From Octopus vulgaris (lineage: Eukaryota), in NCBI GenBank assembly GCA_951406725.2, contig OX597826.1:77934001-77998000 (forward strand): DNA of 64,000 bases, written 5' to 3'. Positions 40,919 to 55,716 of this stretch are shown here, piece after piece. Under the pieces are notes generated by a model. That model was not told the DNA's origin and did no database searches. It worked only from the letters and a program-made list of their open reading frames with translations. Each line of letters starts with the position of its first letter. Position 1 is the stretch's first letter. Both the position numbers and the translations under genes were made by a program.

Positions 40919-42330
40919 GGCATCAGCATCATCGTCGTCGTCATCGTCATCATCACCCCTATTAACTCACGCTGTATAAATGTGCGCACGCGTTTATGCA
41001 TGTATATTTAAAACACGCAAAGCATAATAAAAAGCAGCAAAAGCAATCAGTATGATGGTGTTGTTCTATTTGTTGTTGTTGTTGTGAAGCAAGTGTTTAT
41101 TTACAGCCGAAATGTTTCTTCACAAGATTATATTCCTCCTCAAGAAAAACGCGACAAAAGCCTTTCACACTCTCCTCCGCCCATCCCTAACATCCACCCC
41201 TCCCACCCCATCAACACCTGCACCGCCGCCACCGCCACCATCACCACCATCACCACCGCCTCTGCCGCCACTAACGACATCACCACTGTCGTCTCCGTCG
41301 TCTTCGTCTTACTCCCATCGCAAACACCCCCAATTGTCACCACCATCACCACCATCACCACCACCATTACGACCACTACCACCACCACCACCACCACTTC
41401 TACCACCACCGCCACCCAAAAGAATTTCATCACCACCGTCGCCACTATCAGCTCCACCAGAACCATAACTACATTACCCCCCCACACACACACACCGCCA
41501 TCGCTAGCACCACCATCAGTAGCACCACCATCAGTAACACCACTATAATTTCTTTCACCGCAACCACCCTCACCAAAACCGATACCACGTCCAACTACAA
41601 CCATTACCGCCACCACCACCATCATCACCACCACTACTACCACCACCACCACCTGTACTACTACTATCAGCTCCCACCGCCACCACCATCATCACCACCA
41701 TCATCTATACGACAGTTTTTTTTTAACAATCATCTCTGCCATCCTCGCCACCATTAATACCATCATCATCACAAGGAACACCACCCACACCCACACCCCC
41801 ACCGCCGCCGCCGTCACATCCGCCGCCCACGCCGCCGCCGCCCCCGCCATCACAGCTGCCGCCACGTCTTTATCAGACCATCTAATCAGCTAAAAGGCCG
41901 ATAATTTCAATCACAGAATGCACAATGTTTCTTGCGAGTTTATGCAATTGATTTCCCCACCCCCACCACCTTCACCAGCACCACCACCACCACCACCTCC
42001 ACCACCACCTCCACCACCACTACCACCAATACCATTGTCATTATTACCACCACTTTTACTACCATTAAGAACAGCGTCATCATTACCACTACCATTATCA
42101 CCCTCACACACACACACACATACACCACCACCACCACCACCACCACTACCACCACCGCCGCCACCACCACTACCATCTCCCTCACCATAACCATTACCAA
42201 CAGCAGTATTACCACCACTATTCTTACCACCATCACCACCATAATTCTCACTACCACTACCACCACTCCACCATCGCCGCCACCACCGTCGATCCTACCA
42301 TTGTCATAACCACTACCCTGGCGATTTCAT
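40625..42330. repeat. Degenerate (CAT)n/(CAC)n low-complexity field; similar fields at 44150, 48350-49620, 55260-55880
   Basis: Directly visible. Confidence 0.9.
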
Positions 42331-42482
42331 TCTCAATACCACCAGCACTGGCACAAACGTCACCAGTGTCACTTTGGGAGACCCATAAAACCCCATTCCA
42401 GTCCCGGCAGCGGGAGCATCTGAAACAGCAGACCGCTACCAACAGCTTTAGTAATAATAATAATAGTGATAATAATAATATT

Positions 42483-43637
42483 GAGAAGAAGAAGAAGAAG
42501 AAGAAGAAGAAGAAGAAGAAGAAGAAGAAGAAGAAGAAGAAGAAGAAGAAGAAGAAGAAGAAGGAGAAGAAGAAGAAGAAGAAGAAGAAGAAGGAGGAGG
42601 AGGAGAAGAAGAAGAAGAAGAAGAAGAAGAAGAAGAAGAAGAAGGAGGAGGAGGAGGAGGAAAAGAAGAAGAAGAAGAAGAAGAAGAAGAAGAAGGAGGA
42701 GGAGGAGGAGGAGGAGGAGGAGGAAAAGAAGAAGAGGAAGAAGAAGAAGGAGGAGGAGGAGGAAAAGAAGAAGAAGAAGAAGAAGAAGAAGAAGAAGGAG
42801 AAGAAGGGGATCAAGAAGGAGAAGAAGAAGAAGAAGAAGAAGGAGAAGAAGAAGAAGAAGGGGATCAAGAAGGAGAAGAAGAAGAAGAAGAAGAAGAAGA
42901 AGAAGAAGAACGGGATCAAGAAGGAGAAGAAGAAGAAGGAGAAGAAGAAGAAGAAGAAGAAGAAGAACGGGATCAAGAAGGAGAAGAAGAAGAAGGAGAA
43001 GAAGAAGAAGAAGAAGAAGAAGAAGAAGAAGAACGGGATCAAGAAGGAGAAGAAGAAGAAGGAGAAGAAGAAGAAGAAGAAGAAGAAGAAGGAGGAGGAG
43101 GAGGAGGAAAAGAAGAAGAAGAAGAAGAAGAAGAAGAAGAAGAAGAAGAAGAAGGGGATCAAGAAGGAGAAGAAGAAGAAGAAGAAGAAGAAGAAGAAGA
43201 AGAAGGAGAAGAAGGGGATCAAGAAGGAGAAGAAGAAGAAGAAGAAGGAGAAGAAGAAGAAGAAGAAGAAGGGGATCAAGAAGAAGAAGAAGAAGAAGGG
43301 GATCAAGAAGGAGAAGAAGAAGAAGAAGAAGAAGAAGAAGAAGGGGAGAAGAAGAAGAAGAAGAAGAAGAAGAAGAAGAAGAAGAAGAAGAAGAAGAAGA
43401 AGACGAAGAAGAAGGGGATCAAGAAGAAGAAGAAGAAGAAGAAGGGGATCAAGAAGGAGAAGAAGAAGAAGAAGAAGGAGGATGAGGAGGAGGAAAAGAA
43501 GAAGAAGAAGAAGAAGGGAATCAAGAAGGAGACGTAGTAGTAGTAGTAGTAGTAGTAGAAGAAGAAGAAGAAGAAGAAGAAGAAGAAGAAGAAGAAGAAG
43601 AAGAAGAAGAAGAAGAAGAAGAAGAAGAAGAAGAAAA
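42483..43637. repeat. ~1.15-kb (GAA)n/(GAG)n polypurine tract with recurrent GGGATC interruptions
   Basis: Directly visible. Confidence 0.97.
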
Positions 43638-44311
43638 AGGACGACGACGACGACAGCGGTGACTGGTCATCGATGATGAACGCGTGCAGTGTCGTTTAAC
43701 TTGCCAAAGAATGCAGCCAACAAATTTACATTTAACAAACATAACACAACGCAGACTAAGGTTTGTAAAAAGGTGGGAAGGTCTTGGTTGGAAAGCCTTT
43801 GCTCATAGGTCTAGGTACGGTCAAATCAGGCGAAAGAAAAAACAACAGCGGTAGAGGTAAGGGCAACAAAATCACGTTAATGACAAAAGTAAGTGCAACA
43901 GATTGTTAAAGCAGTAATTGTAGAAAGAAGAATACTAATACCAATAATAATAGTATGGACGACGACGAAAGGGGGGAAAGTAGCAGGAAGAATAATACCG
44001 ACGAAACCACATCAACACCAAGCACACCAGCAGCTGCAGCATCAACATTAACAACGCCAGATGCAACAAGAATGGCGGCAACACCAACAAGGACAAAACC
44101 GGCAATAATGAGATCTTCAACACAAGCAATAACCTTAGCAATAAGAACAATGAATCGCCACCAACAACAACAGCAACAGCAACACCAACAACAATAACTA
44201 CTACTACTACTACCACCACTACCACCACCACCACTACCACTACCACCACCACCACCAATACCACTACCACCACCACCACCACTACCACCACCACCACTAC
44301 TACTACTACTA

Positions 44312-44347
<36 letters not shown>

Positions 44348-44739
44348 TAACAGCAGCAACAACACAAAAACTATCAATAGCGACAGGAGTAACTAAATTT
44401 GATGGAACACCAACGCAAGTGTCGTTGCTAACAGTTCTTGACAACGTTTGTCTTGCGGCAGGCAAATGGTTAGGTCAATGCGGTTCGTGACATTTAACTA
44501 AAGTGCGCTACTGCAATTAGTAAATGGATCTCCGTTGGTTTCGGTGATGAATATTCAACTGTTTAATCAACTGAACTACCATGCCATTGAACATGCATGT
44601 AAAATGCATGTAAATGTCGGAGCAGGCAACAAATAGGGCTTCCCTTGACGTGAACCCTTCTGTAAAATCAGCGTCACCTCCTATGTGTAACCGGGAGGGC
44701 CTCTTAAATACATTTACAATCTATCCAATGGACTTCCGA

Positions 44740-44970
44740 ACAATTTCCTCGGCAGTTGTCACCCGATTTAAAAGATGGAGGGATAGAAATCCGAACTCAA
44801 TGAAGAAACGTTATATTCTGATCAGGTAATAGCGGATAAAACATGGGTGTCTCTCTACGATCATGAAATAAGGACCAATACATGCAATGGCATCACAACT
44901 CTTTTCCAAATCCTAAAACGTTCACGAGCCAAATGATTGGTGCAGAAAGTCATATTGGCTGTTATTTCTT
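44740..44970 (+). pseudogene. mariner transposase fragment around the first catalytic D
   Basis: ADKTWVSLYDHE..MQWHHNSFPNPKTF..KVILAV resembles GDETWV..YDPE..S.QW..P.PKK. Confidence 0.7.
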
Positions 44971-46518
44971 TTTCTTTACTTTTCTACATTTTTTGAAGGT
45001 GGAAAGAGGGACAAGGGCGACGTTGTCCTTGACTTTCTGGAATGTGGTTGTACCTTATCTTACCTTACGGAAAGAAAATATGTAAAGAACAGTCTCCCAT
45101 TATTGCCAATAATATGATTAATCTTTCTTTATAAAGGAAAAGTTACAAACTTGTCGCTACTCTGTCAGGCTTTTAGTCCGATTTATTTATCCTGGTCTGT
45201 GCTTTTCGTTTCAAGAACCCATTATAGCCTCAACAAATTGGTCTGTTTTGATGGTGGTGGAGCGTTAAGCAGCATGATTTTCCAATATTCCTGGGAGAGA
45301 ATGAACTGTGTCCGCTTCCATATCAAGTTTTCTCCTCAAATTCATAAGCAATTTGAATGATGATTTTGTTTTCTCTCTTCGTTCTCATAAACATGACCAT
45401 TTCACTGAAGCATTCTTCGAATGCTGTTAACGTTTTTTTTTTTACTTCAGTCTTACAATTCAGCTGTTGAATGGGATTAACATAGAAGACCAACTCGCTA
45501 TTTTTTGCGCGAAAAATATAATCTGTTATCCCGACTGATGTTAACATTTCCCCTAATATGTTTATGAGTTCTTAGATCCGTCTTGTAGTTAAGAATTTAG
45601 AGAACTAAATGTGGAAGTCAGGAGACGTGCGACAATACGGTGTATGCAATATGTTTGATGAGGTTATGATGACTGATGTTTATTTTGTCTTTAATCTCTC
45701 GAGGTCTTCATTTTTTGCCCTGTCACTTCTTGATTATCCTGTTCTCACTCTGCCAGAGATACTTGTAGTTCTTACTTAACTGTAAATATTGTGTCGCCAA
45801 TTCATTCATATTTAGGTTTAGAAAAAAAAAAAACAAGTTCTTCCCAGTTTTACCATCAAAAATGTATATTTTAACTCCTAAAATGGCTGTGGAATATTGG
45901 GTCACGTGAACCAGTCACCTTTGAAGGGGGTTGCTTGGCCCATAGAACTTCCATACGACTTCGCGTCGTCAACAGGGAAAAGTGAGAGGTCTTTTTAGAT
46001 TCGGGATATTCTTTACTATAAACCCTGTACTTTATGAGCAGATATAATAATGATGATAACAGGAAGATAAAGATATGCTATCATCGTTCAGAATGCATTT
46101 CTTTGACAGACAATTAATTCTGATTAGAATGAATTTTTACCTATGACATGAAAAGTCTCGTTTAATTATTAATTAATCCAACACCACACTTCAGAGAAGT
46201 GCATGCGGTCTTTTGCAACTCTGTTTCCATTTTCCTCTGAATAGTTTTGTTGATTTATAGCTTGTCCATCAAACACCATGCTTCCTTTCTTTTACTTTCG
46301 TGTTACAATATCGTTAGTGGCTCAATGAGCCAATAAGAAATCCTAGCCATACATCATGTATATTGTATTTAAGGTGGTCTGACAGGGTATATACTTTGAG
46401 ATATATTGTGGGGAAGCAACGTTTTTTTTTTTTTTTGCTTAGTATGGTTTGATGAGTAATGGCACTTAACAACCATTCAGAGACGAAATGTATAAGACTT
46501 ATTTACTTTCAATAAAAT

Positions 46519-46720
46519 ATTGGTTTCAAATTTTTGGCACAAGGCCAGTAGTTTCGGAAGAAGGGAGAAATCGATTACATCGGCCCCAAACGTCAACTGG
46601 TACTTAAGGGACGAAAGGCAAAGTGGATCCCGACGGAATCTGAACTCAAAACATAAAGACGGACGAAATGCCGCTAAGCATTCCGTCCGGCATGCTAAAG
46701 ATTCTGCCAGCTCACCGCCT
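46519..46720 (-). mobile_element. SINE family A
   Basis: Ends ATTCTGCCAGCTCACCGCC. Confidence 0.8.
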
Positions 46721-47064
46721 TATTTTTCCATGCAATATTCTCATACATTTCTCTATATCACGTATGTGTGAATGTACGTATGGATGTATGTACGTACGCA
46801 TGCATGTAGTTGTGTAGGTTGATAGGTAGATATGTATGCATATATACATGTGTGCATGTATATATTTATTATACGTATCTATGTATATATATGAGCATAT
46901 GCATGTTTGTCTTTTTATCTCTGCATGTTATCCATTGTTTAATTCTTTGAAGCCTTCTTCACTCTCTCTTTCATAAAATGGCTTCCTACAATACGCAAAA
47001 CATCGTCAAAAGCCAAAAACCATCCCACCATTCCACTCCACAATACTTCAGCATTTCGCTTATG

Positions 47065-47340
47065 TAAAATACTTCGACCTGCTAGAAATCAAAGCCAAAT
47101 TTCCCTCAAATTATCCTCCATATTTTCAAAAATATAAAGGTTAATGCAGTGTTTGATACAGTATAGCTATAAAACAAATGGGACGGTCATGTTTGGATTG
47201 CCTTTGAATGTGTGCTTCGTCATAGTTGAGCTAGGATTACATAACGACATCTCTTCCTCTCTTTTCTTCTCATATTCCGCCATTTCTATTCCTTTCTCTT
47301 TCTGTCTCCCTCATTTTCCTTACCTCTTCCTTCTTATTTA

Positions 47341-47389
<49 letters not shown>

Positions 47390-48290
47390 TGCTCTTCTCT
47401 CTTTCTATGGTTCTCCTCTCTTTATCCATACATTTACCATTCTGTCTTTCTTTTTCCATTTTTCTCTTCTCCCAACCATTTCTTCTACAAAAACCGTTCA
47501 CAGTAACAGCAACAAGAACAACAACGACCTAAGCACAAATTACCATTAATTTCAAGAATAACAATTTCTTAGCACAAAAGGCAAAATGGGATTAAATATG
47601 TTTGTGTCTTCTTTTCTTCTTTAATCTTCCCTTATAAACGATAACATTCTAGGATTCTACCCTCCATGTATCGGGGGATCAATACCTAGTGTTTGATGAG
47701 TTCTACCGGATTATTGTTATTTGTTGTTGTCGTAATTGTTTCCACCCATATCAGCTCTGATCAAAATCATTCCAGTCATGACTAAAATGCCTTTTTACTG
47801 ATGGTTAAGGAATCCTGTCCGCATTTGTTGTTTAGCGCCCAAGATCGGACCTGTGAGCAAAGCTATTCTAGCCGTGACCATCCTCCTTTATCCCAATGTT
47901 AAAGTACCCAAAGACCACATATTCAACGTGGTCTTTAAGAATTTAGAGTGCAATTTGAGGGCAACATGCCTGTTACTTCTAGCTAGTCTAGTGACCCACA
48001 GCAAATCCTGCGGTTGATTCGTCCTTCAATTTCGGACAGAGTAGTGAAATTTAAGATATATTTAGCTGCTATTTCTAGTAGATCGAACGGTCTTATAATA
48101 AATGTTCTTCGCCGTCTCACGTTGTTAATTCGCTCCGATTTTGAAAAGCAGTTGAGGCCGACCTTTTCTTGCTTTTGAGATTCAGCGTCTCTCTGACCAT
48201 GTTATCCAAAATAAGGTGGAGTGAAATTAGACAGAAATTTAGCTGCTACTTCTAGCAAATCGATCGACTACATAGAGAGCTTATCTCGTT
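47065..48290. repeat. Dispersed repeat with a CGACCTGCTAGAAAT-GCAGC-AAAT core: one + copy (~47075), three - copies (~47950, ~48045, ~48220); another at ~37965
   Basis: Recurrent TTAGCTGCTA(T/C)TTCTAG motif and its complement. Confidence 0.6.
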
Positions 48291-48490
48291 TGTTGGAACA
48301 TACACTTTAGTACTCAGTGGTTGCTGCAGAAATATGCTGTCTTTATGACAACAACGACGACAACAACAATAATAGCAAAAAAGTTATACAACAACCATTC
48401 AACAATAACAACAACAACAACGACAGCGATAAAAGCTGTTAACAACGAAACAACTGCAATACAGCAACAGCTGTTAAGCAACTGCTGCTG

Positions 48491-48530
<40 letters not shown>

Positions 48531-49043
48531 GACGACGACGACGACTACCAGTACCACCATTACTATTGTCACGACTGCCATTATCAATCACCACCATCAT
48601 TACTACTAATGCTGCTGCTGCTGTTGCTGCCGCTGCTACCAGCACCGTCACTAATAATAACACGACCACAACAACCACTGCCACCATCACTACGACAATT
48701 TCTGTCACCACTACTACTACGGCAGAGATGAGATAGACGGGAGGAGGAAGAGTGAAAGTAAAAGTAAAAGCGAAAGCGAAAGTGAAAGTGAAAGTATAGA
48801 GGGAGTAAGTGCAGTATAGAGGGGGGGTGAGTAAAAGTGTGGAAAAATAAGCAACAGAAGATTAGGGTGTGGCTGATCAGTTCGATCTGAAGTTAAAAGG
48901 AGAAATATTGAATTAAACGACATTTCATAATTAAAATTAATCAGAGAGCTTTTTTGAAGATATTAGTGCTGGTGGTAGTGGTGGTGGTGGTGGCGGCGGC
49001 GGCGAGGGCGGTGGTGGTGGTGGTGGCGGTGGTGGTGGTGGTA

Positions 49044-49074
<31 letters not shown>

Positions 49075-49563
49075 TGGTGGTGGCGGTGGCGGTGGTGGTG
49101 GCGGTGGCGGTGGTGGTGGTGGTGGTGTTACTCTGGGTGGTGGTGGTGGTGGTGGTACTGGTGCTGGTGTAGGTGGCGCTGGTGTTGCTCTGGGTGGTGG
49201 TGGTGCTGGTGGTTATAGTGGTGGTTAAAATGGTAAGAGATATTAGTGGTAGTATCCAAGATGGTGTCGATGGAGATGTTGTCTTTTTGGGGTATGGGCG
49301 GTAGTGTTGGTGGGTGTGGTATTGATGGTGATGATGGTTGTGGTTGTCGTTGTTGTGGTATTGTTCATAAGATTGAGGGGGATGCTGGCATTTTTTATAG
49401 CGGTGGTAGTGATGTTTTCGTTAGTCATGTTGGTGGAGTTGGTAGTGGTGGTGGTGGTGGTGGTGATGGGGTTGTAGAGGTGGTAGTGTTAGTGACAATA
49501 TTCTTGCTGGTGTTGACGGGGGCGTTGGCTCTTTTGCTAGTGGTGGTAGTGTTGGTGAGTAGC

Positions 49564-49609
<46 letters not shown>

Positions 49610-49778
49610 GGTGGTGATAGGGCTGGCGGGTTTGTCAGTCCTCGTGGTTTAAGAATCTATGGCGCTGATGTTATTAATGATAGAAGCGTTTCTACTTGTA
49701 TATAGTAATGGATGCCAGTGATGCCGTTGGAGAAGAATCACGTAAAGTTATATGTAATAAAGAATGGAGAAATGGTGT

Positions 49779-49862
<84 letters not shown>

Positions 49863-50086
49863 GTCTTTGTAGTGAACGGCTTTCCTATCAAACACCGTGT
49901 TATAGTCAAGGCACGACTAGGTTCAAGTTTGATATTTTTTATCAAAGGTTTTTCTTCTTCTCCTTCTTTCTTAATTAGTGAAGGTTTATTTTGGAACAAT
50001 AGCTTTCCTCATCCCATTAACATTTCAAAACTTGATCAAATCCATCATCGACGTAAGTGCCGATAATACGCTGTTTTAGCGACATA

Positions 50087-50380
50087 GGCGCGTAGCTTAG
50101 TAGCTAGAGTATTCAGCTACCGATCGTAAGGTTGTGCGTTCGATTCCCGAAAGTGCTTTGTGCTCCTGAACAAGTCATTTCATTTCTCATTGCTCCTGAC
50201 CACTCAGCTAGGAAAAATGAAAAGCAGCTTTAATTGAAAGGGCCAGCCTTGTTATATTCTGTATCACACTGAATCTCCATTGAGAACTACGTTAAGGCCC
50301 ACGTACCCGTCGAATACTCAGCCACTTGCACGTTAATCACATGAGCAAACTGTTCGTCGTCGTAACCGACGGAGAGCCAG
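50087..50380 (+). mobile_element. tRNA-derived SINE with a family-B-like head/core and a different tail
   Basis: TAGCTTAGTAG A-box-like, GTTCGATTCC B box, CGATCGTAAGGTTGTG and CACTCAGCT shared with family B. Confidence 0.7.
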
Positions 50381-51124
50381 GTCAGTTAGTGACATATGAA
50401 GGATGTTGTAATTGATAATGAAAAGAAAATTATAACAGCTAACAAGATTTAATCGCTAAAATATTTCAAACTTTATGATGACGATTCACATAATCCCTCA
50501 CTATTTTAACGCGGTACAAAACGCAGCAACAACGGACCACCATCAGCATTTTATTCGGAATTTAAGGCCGAAAAGATATTGAAACGTGAAGTGACTGAAA
50601 TACATTTTTTTCTACAGTAAATGCGTAAATTTGAAGGTGTTAAACTTGGATACTACAGTCTTGTCATTAATATAGATTGGACATCTTTCATCGGGAAATG
50701 TGTCATCTTCGCAATTTAAAAACTCAAAACTGTTGCAGTCATTTTTCGTTTCTTGAGCTCTCACAATTTTTGCCATACATCCACTGCAAATGTCGGAAAT
50801 TAGATACTCGCGAGTGTTTTATAAACCTCAGGGCTTTTTCCCATTTTCTCTCCTTTCTATTTCTCTCCACTCCTCTGTACCTCTCCCCACTTTCTCTGGA
50901 GGTGGGAGATTGCGAGTATACTATAGTCGAAACTATAGTTGACATTGGAAGCTTTTAGTTACGTCTAGATTCAAATTTGTTTACATTTTGTTATTTGTAC
51001 ATATCTTAATCATTTGTTTTTCTGTTTCATTCACTTATAAATGTTCTTCCTGATGGTTAGCTTTGAGTCTACGGAGACAACGTTAGCTTTGCATGTTAGC
51101 TTAGAACTATCAAACACTGATTCA

Positions 51125-51340
51125 GGCGGCGAGCAGGCAGAATCGTTAGCGTGCCGGACAAAAATATTTAGCGTAATTTTGCTCGTCTTCGCGTTCTGAG
51201 TTCAAATTCTGCCGAGGTCGACTTTCCCTTTCATCCTTTCGGGATCGATAAAATAAACACTAGTTGCGTACTGGGGTCGATGTAATCGATTTACACCCCT
51301 CCCTCCAGCTTGCTGGCTTTGTACCAAAATTTGAAAACAA
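51125..51340 (+). mobile_element. SINE family A
   Basis: Full head, core and CCAAAATTTGAAA tail. Confidence 0.85.
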
Positions 51341-52490
51341 TGTTGCAGATATATATCTTTTCCCCCGGGATAACAAACACATACGACTTAATAGTCAGAC
51401 GGAGACACCATTTCCTACACACAAGTGGCACTGTCCAAGACAATTGAAGCAGCTCACATCAGCAATATGGCATTTGTACTTCCACGAGAGGGTAAACTAC
51501 CGAATAGCGATATTTCATTCTTGCAATCGAGTTTGAGACTTCGACCGCCACAACAAAAGTGATGTCGTCTGTCTGTGGTCTGAGCAAGCCTGAGTTTTGA
51601 CTCGCGCTTGGGAAATAAAAAGGAATGCCAACGTTACCTGCGCACCAAATTTTATAGTGACAAACGTACGTGTGACACGAGAGGCACACTGGAAATATCG
51701 TTAAACTGACAAACAAAAACAAAGTGGTCAGAGAATATGTAATCCGCAGTTTTAGAGTTTTTACATCTCTTGAATTCATCGTTTTTATCGATTTTGATGT
51801 TAATCTCGCAACGAGTCCGAAAACACCTTTCCCTGCAAGCAAGCGAGAGATTGTGTTGTCGGTTTAGCCACTGATGGCTCGGATGTACACGTGTTGCATT
51901 GGCTAACCGGTCACCAATTTTGTTCAGCAGAACTCTGAAACGCACACCTGCACACACACACACACACATGCACAAATATACACATAAACACACACATATA
52001 CACACACACACATGCACACATACACACATACACACACATACACACATATATACACATACACATACACACACATGTTCACATGCATACACACACTCACATG
52101 CACACACACATACAGACACATACACGCACATACACACACATATACACACATACACACACATGCCCACACACACATGCACACACGCATACACATACAAACA
52201 CAAACATACATACACACACACATACACACATACCCACGCACGCCCATACGTACACACACACATACATACACGCGCGCACACACGCACAAACACTCGCACA
52301 TGCTCACACACATATACAAACGTCCTAACTCACATGCACATACAAACACATGTATATACATGAAGGTAAACTCTTTCTCCATAGTAAAATGTCAATAAAA
52401 TCAATTTGAACATGCACATGGTCTCCATTATTTACATTATTTACATTATTTACATTTGACGGATATTTGTCCTCGTCTTGTTTGTTGTTA

Positions 52491-52534
52491 ACACAACGTT
52501 TCGGCTGATATACCCTCCAGCCTTCATCAGGTGT
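52491..52534 (-). ncRNA. Intact-looking minimal type-I hammerhead ribozyme
   Basis: ACAC-CTGATGA-A-GGCTG-GAGGGTATAT-CAGCC-GAAA-CG-TT-GTGT: stem I 4 bp, stem II 5 bp, canonical core, palindromic ACGT stem III, GUU site. Confidence 0.75.
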
Positions 52535-53062
52535 CCGGGGGAATTTTTGAACCTGGGTTCGCATTCCTCTACAATATAGAACTGAATATGGTGTCGTTAA
52601 GAAGATTTATTTACAAACATTTAACGGGTTGACGATCACGTGATTCTCTAAAGGAATTCTAAATGGAACCGTGTTGCTGCGACACGATTGCAGCATAACT
52701 GCGTACGTGTGTGCATGTACGTGCATGCATGTGTGTGTATGTGTTGTGTGCGTGCGCATTTGTACCAGCACCATCCGTGCAACGCCCCAAATGGTGAGAG
52801 CGATGTGATTTACTAAATACTTTGGAAGCGATACAAGTACAGAAGAATAAAAGAATAATAGCATAAAAGAATTAAGGAATAGTCTCCTGCTCGATTCTTC
52901 TCTCTCAGAGATATTGTATGCTCTTTAAATTAACCCTGGTTTTAGCAGATTTCTACAAAGTAGGCCTGAAATGTTGAAATTTCATGCTGGACACACACAG
53001 ACGCGTAGGCGTGTGTGTGTGTTTGTCTGTCTGTTCGTGTGTGTATCTGAGAGAGTGCATAT

Positions 53063-53138
<76 letters not shown>

Positions 53139-53222
53139 ATATATATATTCACACACACATACGCATACACATATATATGTATGCATATATATCAGTATAT
53201 ATATTTCATATACATAATTCGC

Positions 53223-53274
<52 letters not shown>

Positions 53275-53914
53275 GCATACACACTTTCATATATATATAT
53301 ATATGTGTGTTTGTGTATTATTATATAATACATTCTTATATATATATATATATACATACATACATACATACACATATATATACACATGCATGTATATACA
53401 TGGTATTGAAAGTATTATTGACTTTATGGTGTTTTCCTATTCATAATTATTAGAAGGCGCCATGTGATAATTTGAGAATAACACAAGGAAATAACTAGAA
53501 GGAAGCTTATATTAAATCTCGGCATTGTGTTATATCATTATGGTAATTATGCCGAGTTGTTCAACGCTCATTATTCCGGCAGTAGATCCGGTTAAAACTG
53601 TCTAAAAGTCTAAACACTAGCGCCCGCCTAACAAATGTAAATAGGTTCTCATAAACGTACACAGAAGCGTGAACATGCATTATTCAACATTCTCATTCGT
53701 ATGCACACAGTTCAACAGATAAAACTGCACACACACACGCACACACACACACACACACACTCACAAACACACACACCCAAACACAGTCACTCATTCAAAC
53801 ACACACACCCTAATACACAAACTCACACCTGCACACACAGACTAATACCTACACAGATGGACATACACACACACGTATATATATATATATTCATTTTTTT
53901 TATTTCATTCATTT

Positions 53915-54165
53915 AAGTGCGGCCATGCTGGCGCACCGCCTTTAGTCGAACAAATCGATCCCAGGATTTATTCTTTGTAAACCTTATTCTATCGGTCTAT
54001 TTTGCCGAACCGCTGAGTTAGGGGACGTAAACACACCAAGAATGGTTGTCAACTGATGGTGGGGGGCAAGCACAGACACACAAACGTAATACATACATAC
54101 ATACACACATACATACATACATACATGCATACATACATACATACATACATACATACATACATACA

Positions 54166-54201
<36 letters not shown>

Positions 54202-54362
54202 TATATACAACGGTCTTCTTTCAGTTTCCGTCTACCAAATCCACTCACAAGGTTTTGATCGACCACAGGCTACAGTACAAGACACTAGCCCAAGTTGCCA
54301 CGCAGTGGGACTGAACCTGCAACCATGTGGTTGGGAAGCAAGCTTCTTACTACACAGGCACC
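53915..54362 (-). mobile_element. SINE family C with (TACA)n centre
   Basis: Reverse complement is colinear with 29209-29595. Confidence 0.85.
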
Positions 54363-54679
54363 CCTCATTAATATATTCATACTTACAGATACGTATGTAT
54401 GTATATGTGTGTGTGTGTATGTGTGTGTGTGTACATGCATATATAATATATATTCCAAAATGTAACCACACGTGAAATGTTGGCACTCTCACCTCCCCCG
54501 CCATCTTCCTTTTCTCTTGGACTTTCCTCTGTCTCCACGTTTTGAAGAAGAGATTTACCCGAAACGTAAAACACCCTTTCTTTCCTTCTCTGGGCGTCTT
54601 ATCAATACGTTGCATGTACCACGTACTCGCGCTGTTGTTTTAATTTTGTCCTTTCTTTCTCCGTTTTTTCTATTAATTA

Positions 54680-54784
<105 letters not shown>

Positions 54785-55527
54785 ATATATATATATAGAC
54801 ATATATGCATATGTTTACACATGAATTAATAGAAACATTTTGGGAAGTCACACATCCTTATATGTCTGGTTTGAAGTATAAAATCGCAGCTGTGATCCAA
54901 TAGCGTGTATGTATGTACATAAACACGCATATATAAGCATAGATGGATACACGCATGTATATACAATTATAAACACCGTTCTCTTTGTAAATGTGTTAAA
55001 AACTGGTGATTGATATTGTAAAAGTCTGGAAGAGGCCAAAGAACAAATGCCATAACAGAATTGTGATGATGCAATCGAATGTTTAACAGATGCGATCTGA
55101 AAGTGTTCCTTAGTTTTGGAATTTACCAATATTAACCAAGACTAAGGCAGCACCAATAATAAGCAGGTAGAGCCGAACACGTCAGGAATAAGTGGCAATT
55201 TTGAAGCTTCAAAAATGAAAAACAAAATGGTGGTGGTGGTAACACAAAGGAAACGCATATCATGGCCACCACCACCACCACCACCACCACAACAACAACA
55301 ACAACAACAACCACTGCAATCACAGCCGCCATCACCACAACCACCACAACCACCACCATCATCATTATCATCATGGTCACAATACCTATCCCCATAATCG
55401 TCATCAAAATCCTACCACCACCACCAGCACCACCATCACCATGACTACCATCACCTCCATAGTCATAATTACTGCCACGAAGATCAGCACCAACAACAAC
55501 AACAACTACACCATCATCATCACTAAT

Positions 55528-55562
<35 letters not shown>

Positions 55563-55626
55563 TTGCAATCCGCATCCCACAGCAACCGACCGACTCCCCA
55601 ACCATTACGACCACTATCACCACCAC

Positions 55627-55676
<50 letters not shown>

Positions 55677-55683
55677 CCACCAC

Positions 55684-55716
<33 letters not shown>

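Noticed and set aside
42366-43676. 436-aa Lys/Arg-rich protamine-like ORF
   Set aside because: Pure GAA repeat; several frames on both strands are open by construction
45090-45700. Possible minus-strand LINE RT remnant (also 19300-19900)
   Set aside because: Only faint motif resemblance; insufficient by eye
50893-50944. CTGGAGG..GTCGAAACTATAGTT hammerhead-like stretch
   Set aside because: Palindromic stem III is present but the core has two mismatches and stem II is ambiguous
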